The notes beneath the pieces were generated by a model. It did not search any database and was not told where the DNA came from. It saw only the letters and a list, made by a program, of their open reading frames with translations. A stretch of 64,000 nt of DNA from an uncultured Chloroflexia bacterium. GTDB lineage: Bacteria; Chloroflexota; Chloroflexia; Chloroflexales; Roseiflexaceae. The stretch lies in contig OY969916.1 in the NCBI GenBank assembly GCA_963704535.1, positions 3,830,841 to 3,894,840 on the forward strand. Direction: 5' to 3'. The position numbers and the translations under genes were made by a program. Of the stretch, positions 52,601-61,824 are shown in pieces. The stretch's first letter is position 1. Each line of letters begins with the position of its first letter.

Positions 52601-55600
52601 CGGCGTATAGCTCTGCACCGCCAGTACCCCGACGACCTCGCCCTCGCCAACGAGCAGTGGTACGCCCAGCCACGAGGCCGACCTCCGCTCGACATTGCCG
52701 AAAGGTGCCGGTTGGAGGCCGTACGTCTCACCCTCGACTCGCAGGTCGCCAAACAAGAGCGGCTGGCGATGCGTGATAATCCATTCCACCAGGCTGCCCG
52801 AGGGCGGCGGCTCGCTATGCTGGCGGTAGGTGCGCTGCCCCTCATCCACCAGTAGCGCGCCGGTAAATTCATTCCGGTCGCTATGGTAGACAAAGCCGCA
52901 GAACGCGTCGATGGTCAGGAAGTCGGCCAGGCAGTCATAGATCTGGCCCAGGAGCCGCTCGATGTCGAGGGTCGAGCTAATAATAGTCCCGATCCGGTTA
53001 ATGACATCCAGCTCATTGATCCGCCGCTCACGCTCGTGGAACAGCCGTACGTTCTCCATCGCCACCGCGAGCTGATTGGCCAGCGTTGAGAGGAAGCGGG
53101 CGTCACGGTCGGTGAACGCATACGGCGCGAAGTTCTGGACCGAGAGCACGCCGATGACCTGGTTCTGGCTGCGCAGCGGGATGCCGATCCACGAGCGGAT
53201 CTGCTCGCCGAGCGTGACCGCCTGGACCGGGAGCCGATCCTCTTCCGCCAGGTAGTCGTGGATGTGGATGACCTCGCCTGAGTTGATCACCCAGCTCGTC
53301 AGGCCACTCTTCGGCAGTGTGGTCTTATGGCGTTTCGCCAGGATCTCGCCTTCACGCTTGAACAGCTCGAAGTTCAGCAACTCGCGCTGCGAATCATAGG
53401 ACGCCACATAGAAGAAGGACGGCGTCCCCATATAAGCCACGATCTCGTTATAAACGCGCTCCAGCAGGTCGTCCAGGTCAAGCGTCGATACCGTCGCAGC
53501 GCCGACCTGGAACAGCGCCGTCATCTGGTCGGCCTGGCTGCGGGCCTCGCTCAACAGCCGCGCGTTCTCAACTGCAATCGCGGCCTGGCTGGCAAAGATC
53601 TCGAGCGGCTCGGCCGAGCGGCGCGTTGGGCGCTGGTGGTCGTACGGGTCATCGACCGCCATCATACCGATCAGCTTGGCGCGGGTATTATAGAGCGGGA
53701 CGAACAAGGCATCGTCGAGCCCCCACTCGGGGCTCTGCGGCGATTTGGTCGTGCCGAGGTCCATACTGTCGCCCTGGTCGATCCCCACCACAATCTCGCG
53801 CATGATATCGCCGGGCACAAAGAAGCAGCGACCGAGCCGGAAGCGCTTATCCATAAAGCGGTGAGCCAACTCGACCGGGAATGGTGACTTCCGCCGGCGC
53901 TCGATCTCGGCCAGCGGCAGGCCCGCGCCGGTGATCGCGTACATCAGCAAAGCGTCGTCCAGATCGACGAGGTGGAAGATCACCGAGCGAAAGCGTGCCG
54001 TCTCGACCACACTGAACGCAATCTGCTCCAGCACATCCTCGAGCGAGCGGTCGGCGCGCAACGCCTGGCCGATGTCGAGCACCTCGTTCAGCATGCTGGC
54101 CCGCTGCTGAAGCAGGGCGCGCTGGCGGTACTGTTCGTTGTAGCGCTGGGTGTTGCCGATCGCCAGCGCGGCCTGGTCGGCTAGCGCGCGCACAAACTCA
54201 AGCGCATCGTGGTTGAATGAGCGTGGGATCTGGCTGTGCAGATTGACGACGCCGACAACCTCGGCCTCATAGAAGATCGGCACCGCCAGCACCGACGAGA
54301 TCATCGGCCCGATACTGCTCAGGCGATCGTCGCTCGCGACTTCGTCGACGAGAGCCGGCTCACCGCTTGCCATCGCCAATTCAGCCGTCGTTTTCCCGCT
54401 GCTGACGACCTGGTGGAGCAACTGCTCATAATCCGCCTCGTTGTAGCCGATCGCGGCGATCACCCGGATCGGCGCCTCCTTGCCGTCTTCATTTAAGAGC
54501 TGGCCGTTGGCCGTCGCAAGCAGGCGCGTCCCCTCGTCCTGGGCGAAAGCGCGCAGCGCCTCCTCGAAGGCCAGGCCCTCGCGCAGCGCGATATAGCCGA
54601 TCGTCGCCGGGGTCGCGCGCAGCGCCTCCTCCAGCGCAAAGCCAAGGATATGGCCAAGCGAGAGATTCGCGGTAAGCTGGCGGCTGATCCGCTGGAGCGC
54701 CGTCAACTGTTGAACACGGCTGCGCAGGTGGGCATCGGCCTGCTCGAAGCGCCGGACATTGGAGATCGCCTGGGCCGCCTGACCGGCGATAATCGTGAGA
54801 ATCCGTTCGTCCGCTACCGCGAAATGAGCGGGCCGATCGCTGAGCAATCCCAAGGTGCCGACGAGCTGATCGCCCACCTGGAGCGGCAAGCCAAGATAGC
54901 TCTGGACTGTTGACCCATCGGCGAGTTTCGAGAACAGGGGGCGCACCGGGGGGCGGCGGAAATCCGCCAGGCGTAACGCCCGCCGATGCCGCGCGATCCA
55001 GCCGGTCAGCCCATCGGCGATCTGGTAAGTCGGCATCTGCGCGTCATCGTAGCGAATGCCGCGTGTAAGCGCGCCGCGCAGGAGCTGCGACTCGGCGTCA
55101 TACAGACAGATCTCGGCCCCGACGAAGGGCACGAGTGACTGGACGCCCTCCACAATCGCTTCGAGCATCTCCTCCAGTGTCAGATCAGCTTCAAGTCGCC
55201 GGCTGATCGTCTGAAGCTTCTCCAGCTCACTCGCACGGCGCTGCTCGCTGATATACAGTTGCGCGTTGACGATCGTGGCGGCGACCTGGCTGGCCAGGGT
55301 CTGGGCCAGATTGACCTCTGCGCGGCTGAAACGGTGGCGTCGATCACCATAGCCGATACTCAGCAGTCCAACCGCGCGATCCTTGACCCTGAGCGCCAAC
55401 AGCAGCGCGCTACAGTAGCCAAACCGGCGCAGCACCTCGCTCCCCTCGTCGGTCTGCGGGGCGGCCGGGTCCGGCGCGAGCGCTAGTGTTTCGCCGGAAT
55501 GCAGCAGCTTCGCGAGCACACCATGGGCTTTCATATGATAGCGTGGCCCGCCCGTATCCTCGCGCCCATCGGCCGTATAGGAGGCCACCTCGCGGAGCAC

Positions 55601-56800
55601 TGCCGTGTTGTGTTGCTCACTCAGGTGCAGGATGCAACGATCCGCACTCATCGCCAGCGCGATATTCTCGGCCACACGCGTCAGCATCGGCTCGATCTGC
55701 AGCGTCGAGCTCAACACTTGTCCATTCTCATAAAGCACGAACAGCTCACGAGCCCGCTGCTGCTGCTGGGCAAAGAGCTGTGCGTTGCGGATGACCAACG
55801 CGGCCGGCTTGGCGAACGCCTCGATCAGCAGCTTATCTGACTCACTGAAACGCGCCTCTTCCCGATCATGGGTCAGCGCCAGCACGCCGATCAACTCATC
55901 CTGAACCAGCAGCGGCACGCCAATACCGGCATGCAGCGTTTCCTCGGCGAAATGGGGCAACTGGTAGGGATAGTGCTGGTAGTCCTCGATCAACAGTGTC
56001 GTACGCTGTAGCGCGACCTGGCCGGACAATCCCTGCCCGCGCGTCAGCCGTGTGCCGACATAATCGCGGTTGAGCCCGTGCCCCACAATCAGCTCCAGGT
56101 TCCCATCCTCGACTGCGGTGTAGATAGCGCCGCCGGAGGCCCCGCACAGCTCGATCGCCCGCTCAAGCAGTGACCGGAGCATTTCATGGAGATTAATCTG
56201 GCCGGTCAGATCGAAATTCAGCGCCGACGCGGCCGCGAGCGTGGCGCGTTCGCGCTGGCGCTCGGCGTCACGCTGCTGCATGCTGATCAGTAATTCGATC
56301 TGGAACCGGAGCGCCTGGAGGAAGGGTGGGGTAAGCGACGACTCGGCGGTGGGGGGGACACCAAGCAATAGTGCCCCGATCGGCTGGTCATCGCGGTGCA
56401 GCGGGATCTCGATCGCATCTGCCGGAAGGCCGTTGCCGTTACGCGCCAACATCTGCTGGCGCAGCTCGTCGTCAAGCCCCCAGCCTGCCGATACGCTCGT
56501 ATCAGCGCTGGTATGGAGCAGGAAGAGTCCCCATGGACATGGAAGACGGGCGCAACCAAGATCAGCGATGCGTTGCGCGAGGCCCTGTGCATCGTGAATA
56601 GTTGCGCTGTCTCTCCCATAGATCGCCAGCTCGGTCAGAAACTCCCAGGCCCGAACCAGCGATGACTCTACTGTTGTCGTGTCCATATCCAGGGACTTGC
56701 TCCTTCCAGGGATCGGTTGATGCGAACCGTCGCTGGATGGTGGTACGTTGGTGTGAACGTCGTAGGAGCTGAGAACCACAGCCCATTGCCACGTCCCCAC
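46655..56800 (-). CDS. Giant multi-GAF sensor histidine kinase (3381 aa; ~16 tandem GAF domains, one PAS, HisKA, HATPase_c)
   Basis: The C-terminus has PAS (ILQSVTEGVIVLDEQ...), an H-box (SHELRTPLTSIKGY), an N/G1 box (DDNGVGIS) and a G2 box (GGTGLGLSIAK). The GAF inter-domain linker (...NARLFEERERRIxEL) recurs about 16 times. An alternative start lies at 56686. Confidence 0.85.
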   Translation of the reverse strand: MGTWQWAVVLSSYDVHTNVPPSSDGSHQPIPGRSKSLDMDTTTVESSLVRAWEFLTELAIYGRDSATIHDAQGLAQRIADLGCARLPCPWGLFLLHTSADTSVSAGWGLDDELRQQMLARNGNGLPADAIEIPLHRDDQPIGALLLGVPPTAESSLTPPFLQALRFQIELLISMQQRDAERQRERATLAAASALNFDLTGQINLHEMLRSLLERAIELCGASGGAIYTAVEDGNLELIVGHGLNRDYVGTRLTRGQGLSGQVALQRTTLLIEDYQHYPYQLPHFAEETLHAGIGVPLLVQDELIGVLALTHDREEARFSESDKLLIEAFAKPAALVIRNAQLFAQQQQRARELFVLYENGQVLSSTLQIEPMLTRVAENIALAMSADRCILHLSEQHNTAVLREVASYTADGREDTGGPRYHMKAHGVLAKLLHSGETLALAPDPAAPQTDEGSEVLRRFGYCSALLLALRVKDRAVGLLSIGYGDRRHRFSRAEVNLAQTLASQVAATIVNAQLYISEQRRASELEKLQTISRRLEADLTLEEMLEAIVEGVQSLVPFVGAEICLYDAESQLLRGALTRGIRYDDAQMPTYQIADGLTGWIARHRRALRLADFRRPPVRPLFSKLADGSTVQSYLGLPLQVGDQLVGTLGLLSDRPAHFAVADERILTIIAGQAAQAISNVRRFEQADAHLRSRVQQLTALQRISRQLTANLSLGHILGFALEEALRATPATIGYIALREGLAFEEALRAFAQDEGTRLLATANGQLLNEDGKEAPIRVIAAIGYNEADYEQLLHQVVSSGKTTAELAMASGEPALVDEVASDDRLSSIGPMISSVLAVPIFYEAEVVGVVNLHSQIPRSFNHDALEFVRALADQAALAIGNTQRYNEQYRQRALLQQRASMLNEVLDIGQALRADRSLEDVLEQIAFSVVETARFRSVIFHLVDLDDALLMYAITGAGLPLAEIERRRKSPFPVELAHRFMDKRFRLGRCFFVPGDIMREIVVGIDQGDSMDLGTTKSPQSPEWGLDDALFVPLYNTRAKLIGMMAVDDPYDHQRPTRRSAEPLEIFASQAAIAVENARLLSEARSQADQMTALFQVGAATVSTLDLDDLLERVYNEIVAYMGTPSFFYVASYDSQRELLNFELFKREGEILAKRHKTTLPKSGLTSWVINSGEVIHIHDYLAEEDRLPVQAVTLGEQIRSWIGIPLRSQNQVIGVLSVQNFAPYAFTDRDARFLSTLANQLAVAMENVRLFHERERRINELDVINRIGTIISSTLDIERLLGQIYDCLADFLTIDAFCGFVYHSDRNEFTGALLVDEGQRTYRQHSEPPPSGSLVEWIITHRQPLLFGDLRVEGETYGLQPAPFGNVERRSASWLGVPLLVGEGEVVGVLAVQSYTPNRYSERELAFMTTVASQVALGAQNARLFAERERQIAELDALGRIGRVTNSTLELRPMVEGIDHVLREVLGAGGVSMTLLNRERQTTRVLVIDGTEALLDTERPLAEDFSEGTLAGWIIRNSRPLRLGDIKQEISAYDNLQVMFISSQEDSITRSYLGIPILAYDGTPIGSLAVTSHRAYVFNARDEGFLVSVGAQVSLGVQNARLFARAQEQVDQLGLLNRVSSVAVATLEITEILQAATEAMARATGADQAGMFLYDRATGFATLAAEYISTDLTASLQIPLQDNPLTAWLDKHQGPLISFDVLADSRFIQSQEVLRTLDVRSVAMIPLIVGGSIVGTIQLDSVGRQRNFSPQEIELCQTIANQAATAIEKARLFEEIQRSATALQRKVGELETLLEAARVLSSSLKPREVLDMLMEVVGRQLIVNTVALWTITSDDVLVPAAMLGIPEEVARELRPPVGQGLTGQVAATGRPLIVADVAHEGGSLYPEFNRVHQYTSFMGVPVVYRERTIGVLSVMTIYQRDFSADEVTLLAGMADQAAMALENARLFEERERRISELTTLNHISQEISATLEQDELLTALHQGISEVLNTANSFIALYDRETRRLSFPVCWVDGVPIRDDEEIVIDDGAGLVNRVIMERRPLLLRSQQEVDAISTGLPVLGERQISSWLGVPIIRGDQVLGILNVQSYEPNAYDEDDLRFLATVASQAATAIANAWLFDERERRLREVIAIKDIGSAVTSTLDLQDVLERLHSELGRVIDVSTSMIGLYDARTDVIWFPVFYDQGQRLSFTPTPLQFGTNGWVIRNRQTLLLDTIEQADQMGLDVRSGRIGPENQFEQSFLVVPIISGNDVLGVINLQSYEQHAFSQDDLRFVSTVASQAAIAINNARLFQERGRRIEELATFNEIGQELSAATRYDDLIELLYRQTSRLLDTNNFYVALYDERRGEISFPLQYLRGQRITVDPVLLTNSPTAYVIRSREPLLLQGPQREAEIQARDLSPIGDRSLSWLGVPMIAADRVIGAIGIEDYERDTAYSQEDIRLLGTIASWGAIALENARLLGETRQSVLELTALHEISVALTGTLDTGEILGIVASSALELMRADVSAVFLFDTELNISQQIILDNEDLETTDRTIQIATNGMTRRLLSSDRPLVFNNIAAEVEESALGTQMHLKSALGAVIGSHDQPIGAIWLGSRGPHTWQEREISLLSILTNQCGQALESARLFQSEQTRRRVADTLREVAQTLTSVLKPDEITALILDQLARVVPYDTASLMLREDNVVRIAATRGFEEAVRAQIEQFSVKLEDDANMAHIIQTRRPLVLDDAQDTPYWIPLAGTDHCHGWIGAPLLLDDEVIGLLTVDSSTIGAYDEEDAQLAFALASQAAQALRNARLVEQQQQYAAELERRVAERTAALADANIQLSAEKERLQAVHEITVELTENLDLEETLTKALGLASLSVGVKRGSIMLRDPRTGTLICRAVLTADGTVESTNIPISFSQGSGLAGWVLSQEKGIYIGDVRDDGRWLREEGRADEVRSVIAVPLITKDEPLGVLILSSPKLDYFGEAQLQLLSTIANEIAIVIHNAELYSYINDLASQLAEAYEQQREETSKSQAILQSVTEGVIVLDEQQHVVLFNPAAEQVLGIPASFALKQPLGHLKEYHEPGSSTRRAELIHTGLYDGLRALDERGKSHVGMLEIPNPTQSIAMNFAAVIRPDGVRYGSVAVLRDVTREIEADRAKRDFISSVSHELRTPLTSIKGYVDLLLLGAAGPIGEGQLSFLGVVKNNANRLMDLINDILEIGRIDADKIKLSFEQVSIENVFQDVLQTLRAEVDRKSLNVQIDIKEELPQITADLRRITQVVLNVVSNAVKYTYPQGRVTLRAFVNPAGLLQAEVDDNGVGISPEQQQHLFRRFYRADNPLRDEVGGTGLGLSIAKSFVELHGGEMWVQSESGVGSTFSFILPVTQPEQLEQPEQPQSM

Positions 56801-56856
56801 CGAGGCTGCGCGGCGGGGAACGGAAGGTCAGGAACTGGGTATCCTCTGCTAGCTCG

Positions 56857-57801
56857 TTACGCTCGCCCATAGCTAACATGGCTCTTGCGGCCCAGCTCAC
56901 GTGCCTCGGCCAGGGCCTTTTGGCGGGCATCCTCAGCAGTTTCACTGAGTTCGCGGATGTCATAGAATGGTCCGTCTTCGCTGGACAGCACGCCGATCGA
57001 CAGCGACATCAGCGGAACCCGGCGCTGGATGCCCTGCTCATCCGTTGATCATAATACCGCCTGCCGCCGATCCTTGTAATTGTAGTGCAGGCCGATCTCG
57101 GCATCGAAACGATCACGCAGCCGCTCACAGATCGCGCGCAGATGTTCCGGCGTCGATGTGACCACAAAGTCCGGGCCGACGACCATCTGGCCGATGAAAT
57201 CATCGGAGCCGCCCAGCTCATTGACCACCTCATTCAGCAGCAGAGCCGTGAACTTGAGCACATCTTCGCCGACCACCGCCCCATACGTCTGGGTGAAGGT
57301 CTCAAACCCATTGATATGGGCCTGGGCCATCGCCCAGCCGGTGCTCGAAAGCATCTGGCGATACTGGTCGTTGATCAGTTCAGCCGTCGGCAGATTGGTC
57401 ACCGGGTGGGCCAGGTTCTTCTGGCGGGCGCGGTCAAGCGCCCCCTTGACGATCGTATGAACCTCTTCGATATCGAACGGTTTGACGATGTAATACTCCG
57501 CCTGGACTTCACCAAGGCCCTTGAGCCTGTCTTGTTTCTCACCCCGTGCAGTCAGAAAGATGATCGGAATATGCCGCGTACGTGCGCTATGCCGAAGCGA
57601 CTTGCCGATCTCATACCCCTCCATATCAGGCAGATTGACATCCAGCAGCGCGAGATTCGGCGGAGTCTTACGGCACATTTCGAGCGCGATCTGTCCGCGC
57701 ATCGCCGTCAGCACCTCATATCCCTGAGAGGTGAAATAGATCTTGAGCAGGCTTGAGATGTCGGGGGCGTCTTCAACAACAAGAATCTTTTCCTTGCTCA
57801 C
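56857..57801 (-). CDS. Response-regulator receiver fused to a degenerate GGDEF domain (VGPDF in place of GG[DE]EF), with an in-frame TGA at complement(57046..57048)
   Basis: The REC region is ILVVEDAPD...LALLDVNLPDMEG...YIVKP. The GGDEF-like region is INGFETFTQTYGAVVGEDVL...GQMVVGPDFVVT. After the TGA, the same frame continues ...RVPLMSLSIGVLS...AEDARQKALAEARELGRKSHV, a GGDEF C-terminal consensus, to a TAA at 56857. Confidence 0.55.
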
Positions 57802-57813
57802 AGGGCTATCCTC

Positions 57814-59206
57814 CTAGTGCCGCACCCGCGTGGCCTTTGGCAGCGACATTTGAAGCGGCTCAATATCGGTAACTTTCGGCGCGTCCGGGTCCATTTGCTT
57901 TGGCCACAAGTAGATCTCGCGGACCGGTTCGCCGTTTTCATCGGTCTCAGATTCCTCGGTGTTTGTGACGTGCCGCACATTGCGGCCAATTACCGATTCT
58001 GGGTCGGCATAGATCAGCGTCGTATTCGATCCGATCATCCGCGCCGGGTAGATCACAAATCCGCTCCCGATCTTGACAGTTATGACCGACCGCCGAGCCA
58101 AGCACCGGCAGACCGACCTCCTCCAGCTTGGGACGCTCGGCGCCTTTACGGTGGTGGAAGGTATGCAGTGGGCGGTTGCGCAGGTCGAAGTCGGTGAAGA
58201 TATTGCCGGCGCCGATAAATGTATTACGCCCGACAACGCACATCTGGAGACAGCTCAACTGCGCGATCATCGAGTTTTCCATCAGGGTGGTCATAAACAG
58301 AGCGGCATTCCAGGGTAGGTAACAGCGATCGCTGATCACGCTGAGCATCACCTGGCTGCCCTGCATGATCGTGACATTGTTGCCGATTAGACTATTGGTA
58401 ATCACCACCCCGGCGCCGATGTTGACATTATTACCGATGACCGTCGGCCCATGAATCACCGCTGTCGGGTCGATCGAGCAGTTCTTACCGACCTTGACCA
58501 GCCGTGAGCTGGACAGGAAATGGTTGCGCCAGCGCGGCGCAAAGGGATTGAGCTTATGCCCCAGTGTCGTCAGCGAGATCGCCAGCTTCTCCTTCCAACT
58601 GTCTTCGACGCGCTGCTCATGCACGCGGCCCCAACCGAACACGCCGAACGGTGAGTTCGCCAGGAACACATGCACCCAGCTCTCGATCGAGAGAAACACT
58701 CGTAGGGGAACCTGGAAGATCAGATCGCCCTGGTTGGGCGCCATATAGCTGGGGATATGATAATATCCCATCTCGCGCGGGCAGGTGTCGATCACCAACG
58801 GCTTTGGCTCTTCGGTCACGCCGTTCGGGTAATAGAACAGATCGGCTACATAGACATTGCGTTGCGGTTCGAGGGTGATACCGTCCTGCAAACGCAAGGC
58901 GTGGGCCGTGATCGAACGATCGTCGCGGGCGAAGGCGATCTGGCAAGCGTGGCCGCTAGCCTTCGCCTGCGCGATGAACGTATCGATCAGCAGGTCGTTG
59001 AAAAAGAGGTTGTCCCGATGGACGAGCAGTTCCTCGCGCTCGCTGGGGATCTCAGACAGGGAGTCCACTTCCAGTGCACCACGGCAATGGTGGGTCAACA
59101 AATCGCGCTGGAGCAACCAGAGCGGCTTGTTGAGGATTCGCAGGTCGCGTGCCGGCTCGCCGAAGGGGGGAATGGGTGTGCGCTCTCGGATAACGATGCG
59201 TTTCAT
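57814..59206 (-). CDS. Left-handed β-helix (hexapeptide-repeat) protein of unknown function, with an apparent frameshift near 58080
   Basis: It has the hexapeptide repeats IGNNVNIGAGVVITNSLIGNNVTI. The reading frame of 57947..59206 degenerates after ~58090, while the coding-like sequence continues in the frame of 57814..58236. Confidence 0.45.
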
Positions 59207-59503
59207 AACTAGCGGCTCCCCTTTCTTTCGGCCGGAGGGCGATGACGCTGGGGTGGACCTCCTCCGGGGCCCGTGCCCCTTTACTATACAGGATAGCGCC
59301 GGATTATCTCAAGCCCTACAGATTACATTCGCATTACGCGATAGCGTCAAGCAAGCGCTCGATGCCTTCCAGGCGCGCCTCCGTGCGTTAGTCCACCGGG
59401 TCCTTGTCGATTGCGAATATGCAGCTGTTGTGACCCATGCGCCCGGCACTCGATCTCTTCGAGATGGAACGAGTGACCGCCAGTAACCCAGGTAAGCGCT
59501 TCC

Positions 59504-60037
59504 TCAAGAATCCCTTGTGCCAGGTGGCAGCAGGGACTGATCGCTCTTGCGACCCCAGCATGGTGGACATTTCTCGATGATGTAGATGAACTGACCTTTG
59601 CGCTCCTCAACTCGCGTGGGCTGGTCGCTGAAGCGGTCAAACGTCTGTGCGGTCGCGTTGAGCACGATCTTCATCTTCATCGTCATGGGCATGAGTTTAA
59701 GCGCTAGGTCGGCCATGCCGAGCAGCGGCCCAAACTCCTTGAGGCCCAAGTTGAAGGCGTAGCGGCCGGCGCGCAGCTCCATGCCGCGCGCTCCACGCGG
59801 ACCATACATGGTCTCTGTGGACTGTGAGATGGTGGACAGGTCCACGAAGGGGAACTCACGTTTCAGGTTGCTGGCGGGGTAGTTGTTGACCAGGTGGCGT
59901 GCGCCGGCTAGGTTCAACAACGCGTTCACCCCATTGCGACCCATGACGTCCTCAAGGCTGATCAGGTACAAGCGCCCAATCAGGTTGGGATAGAATCGCG
60001 GTTCAAGTTCGTTCGCGTTGCCGCGCTCGTCTGGCAT
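59504..60037 (-). CDS. V4R-domain protein (4-vinyl-reductase-like small-molecule-binding domain)
   Basis: It has a C-terminal CPPCWG motif and a ~177-aa size. The start is taken at the internal Met (MPDERG...), and the track start at 60133 is less likely. Confidence 0.45.
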   Translation of the reverse strand: MPDERGNANELEPRFYPNLIGRLYLISLEDVMGRNGVNALLNLAGARHLVNNYPASNLKREFPFVDLSTISQSTETMYGPRGARGMELRAGRYAFNLGLKEFGPLLGMADLALKLMPMTMKMKIVLNATAQTFDRFSDQPTRVEERKGQFIYIIEKCPPCWGRKSDQSLLPPGTRDS

Positions 60038-60274
60038 TGCCCGGCTCCTTACGGGTCTATGGCTGGAATGCAGGCTGAAATCTACGGCCCAGAAAGCTTT
60101 GCTCATTTTACACGATGGTGTAGCGGTCGTCAACAGCGGGGGGGGGACTTCAGGGGGGAGTCCGGCTAGTACTTATCGTTCCGGGTGGGTTGGACCCGGT
60201 GTTCGCAAAGCTGATATGATATAGGACTTCCAGGCTATGGTCATCAACTTGGAAAACGATATAATCGAGGCCGA

Positions 60275-61732
60275 TTGAATTGTGTTCCTGGGATCGATCT
60301 CATGTCTCTCAATAGTCCTTCCACGCGCGAGCATACTATCAGGGGTAGCGCACTCCTGGCCGAATTGACGTTGGATCGTTTCATGGTCGGGCTGGCGGCA
60401 CTGCTTGTGTTTGCCACCGCACTCTGCATGGGCGTGCAGAGCGATACATGGTGGCAGGTGCGAACCGGCCAGTGGATCGTGCAGCGCGGTTACATCCCGA
60501 CGACTGATCCATTCAGCTCGACGGTGTACGGCAGGTACTGGCCAAACCACGAATGGCTCGCGCAGGTTATCTTCTATATCTGCTACACGTTTGGCGGATT
60601 GCTGCTGCTACTCGTCACCTGCACCGCCCTCGTCGCCCTGACGTGGTGGGGCGTGTACCGGCTCTGCGATGGTCCTCCGCGCGTGCGGGCGCTGGCGGTG
60701 CTGCTGGGCGTCGCGGCGCAGGCGGTGGTCTGGAGCGCGCGGCCGCATCTCTTCTCGCTTGCCTTCCTGGTCGTCACCCTGCTGCTGCTGCCCGATCGAC
60801 GGCGTCACTGGCTGTACCCGCCGTTGTTTCTGCTGTGGGCCAATATCCACGCCGGCGTAGCGTTCGGCGGCGTTGTGCTGTTTCTGGCGTTTGTGGTCGC
60901 GCTGGTCCACGATCGCCGGCAGAGCCGCCACTGGCTGGCGGTGGGTGTTGTGAGCGGCCTCGCGACGCTGCTGAACCCGCTTGGTCCTAGCCTGTGGACG
61001 TATGTGCTCGGCTCGTTGAGCGATGTGACGCGAACCTACTTACAGGAGTGGCAGCCGCCGAATCTGAGCTGGCCATCGAGCTATCCGTTTTTTGTCCTGG
61101 TGGCCATCAGCGTGGTTTCGGTGCTGCGCGCACGTAGAACCTGGAGCGGCCAGCGTGACTGGACGCTGCTGCTGCTGGCGCTACTGTTTGCGATGATGGG
61201 CTTCCGCTCGATCCGGCACACGGCCTTTTTCGCTGTCGTCGCCGCGCCGCTGATAGCGCGCCAGTTCGCCACGCTCCCGCTCAGTACGCGGCGGGCGACG
61301 TCGCTGGGCGCGCTGCATCTGGTGGCGCTGGCGGGGCTGGCGTGCGGGAGCCTCTTCGTGGTCCGCCAGACGTGGGCGAGCGTGCCGGAGCAGCCCTTGC
61401 CGCCGGGCGTGGTCACGGCGGTGCGGCGCTGTGAGGGAACGCTCTTCAATACCTATGATACCGGCGGGCCGCTGCTCTGGCTGGTCCCCGAGCGGGCCGT
61501 CTTTATCGATAATCGGCAGGACCCGTACCCGACCGAGCTGCTGCTCCAGGCCGCTGTCGCCGAGCAGAGCGGCGAGTACCGGGATTTGTTCGCGAAGTAC
61601 CAGGTCGCCTGTGCGCTGGTGCCGTCGGATCAGCCGATCTACAAGCGCCTCAGGACCGATGGCTGGGAGGAGCTATACTTCGATGCTAAATTTGCTGTGC
61701 TGCAACGAGGTAGCAAAGCGGCGGGGATGTAA
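60275..61732 (+). CDS. Polytopic integral membrane protein (≥10 TM), possibly a GT-C-type glycosyltransferase or membrane polymerase
   Basis: It has many hydrophobic helices and a conserved-looking periplasmic loop (WWQVRTGQWIVQRGYIPTTDPFS). It has no soluble domains. Confidence 0.45.
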   Translation: MNCVPGIDLMSLNSPSTREHTIRGSALLAELTLDRFMVGLAALLVFATALCMGVQSDTWWQVRTGQWIVQRGYIPTTDPFSSTVYGRYWPNHEWLAQVIFYICYTFGGLLLLLVTCTALVALTWWGVYRLCDGPPRVRALAVLLGVAAQAVVWSARPHLFSLAFLVVTLLLLPDRRRHWLYPPLFLLWANIHAGVAFGGVVLFLAFVVALVHDRRQSRHWLAVGVVSGLATLLNPLGPSLWTYVLGSLSDVTRTYLQEWQPPNLSWPSSYPFFVLVAISVVSVLRARRTWSGQRDWTLLLLALLFAMMGFRSIRHTAFFAVVAAPLIARQFATLPLSTRRATSLGALHLVALAGLACGSLFVVRQTWASVPEQPLPPGVVTAVRRCEGTLFNTYDTGGPLLWLVPERAVFIDNRQDPYPTELLLQAAVAEQSGEYRDLFAKYQVACALVPSDQPIYKRLRTDGWEELYFDAKFAVLQRGSKAAGM

Positions 61733-61824
61733 CGACCATGGTCGTACCATTACACCATCGATGAACGTTTTATATACGAGAGCTATTCTGGGATTTAAAT
61801 CTATACATCTTTATTAGGTTGTCA

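Noticed and set aside
46655-56800. Internal periodic DNA repeats in the kinase gene as a possible CRISPR or tandem-repeat array
   Set aside because: The periodicity is ~450-500 bp and degenerate. It corresponds to tandem GAF protein domains, not direct DNA repeats with spacers. No CRISPR array is present in the window.
57046-57048. TGA in the REC-GGDEF gene as selenocysteine or programmed readthrough
   Set aside because: There is no reason to expect Sec in a GGDEF domain. A nonsense mutation or sequencing error is far more parsimonious. A SECIS element cannot be evaluated by eye.
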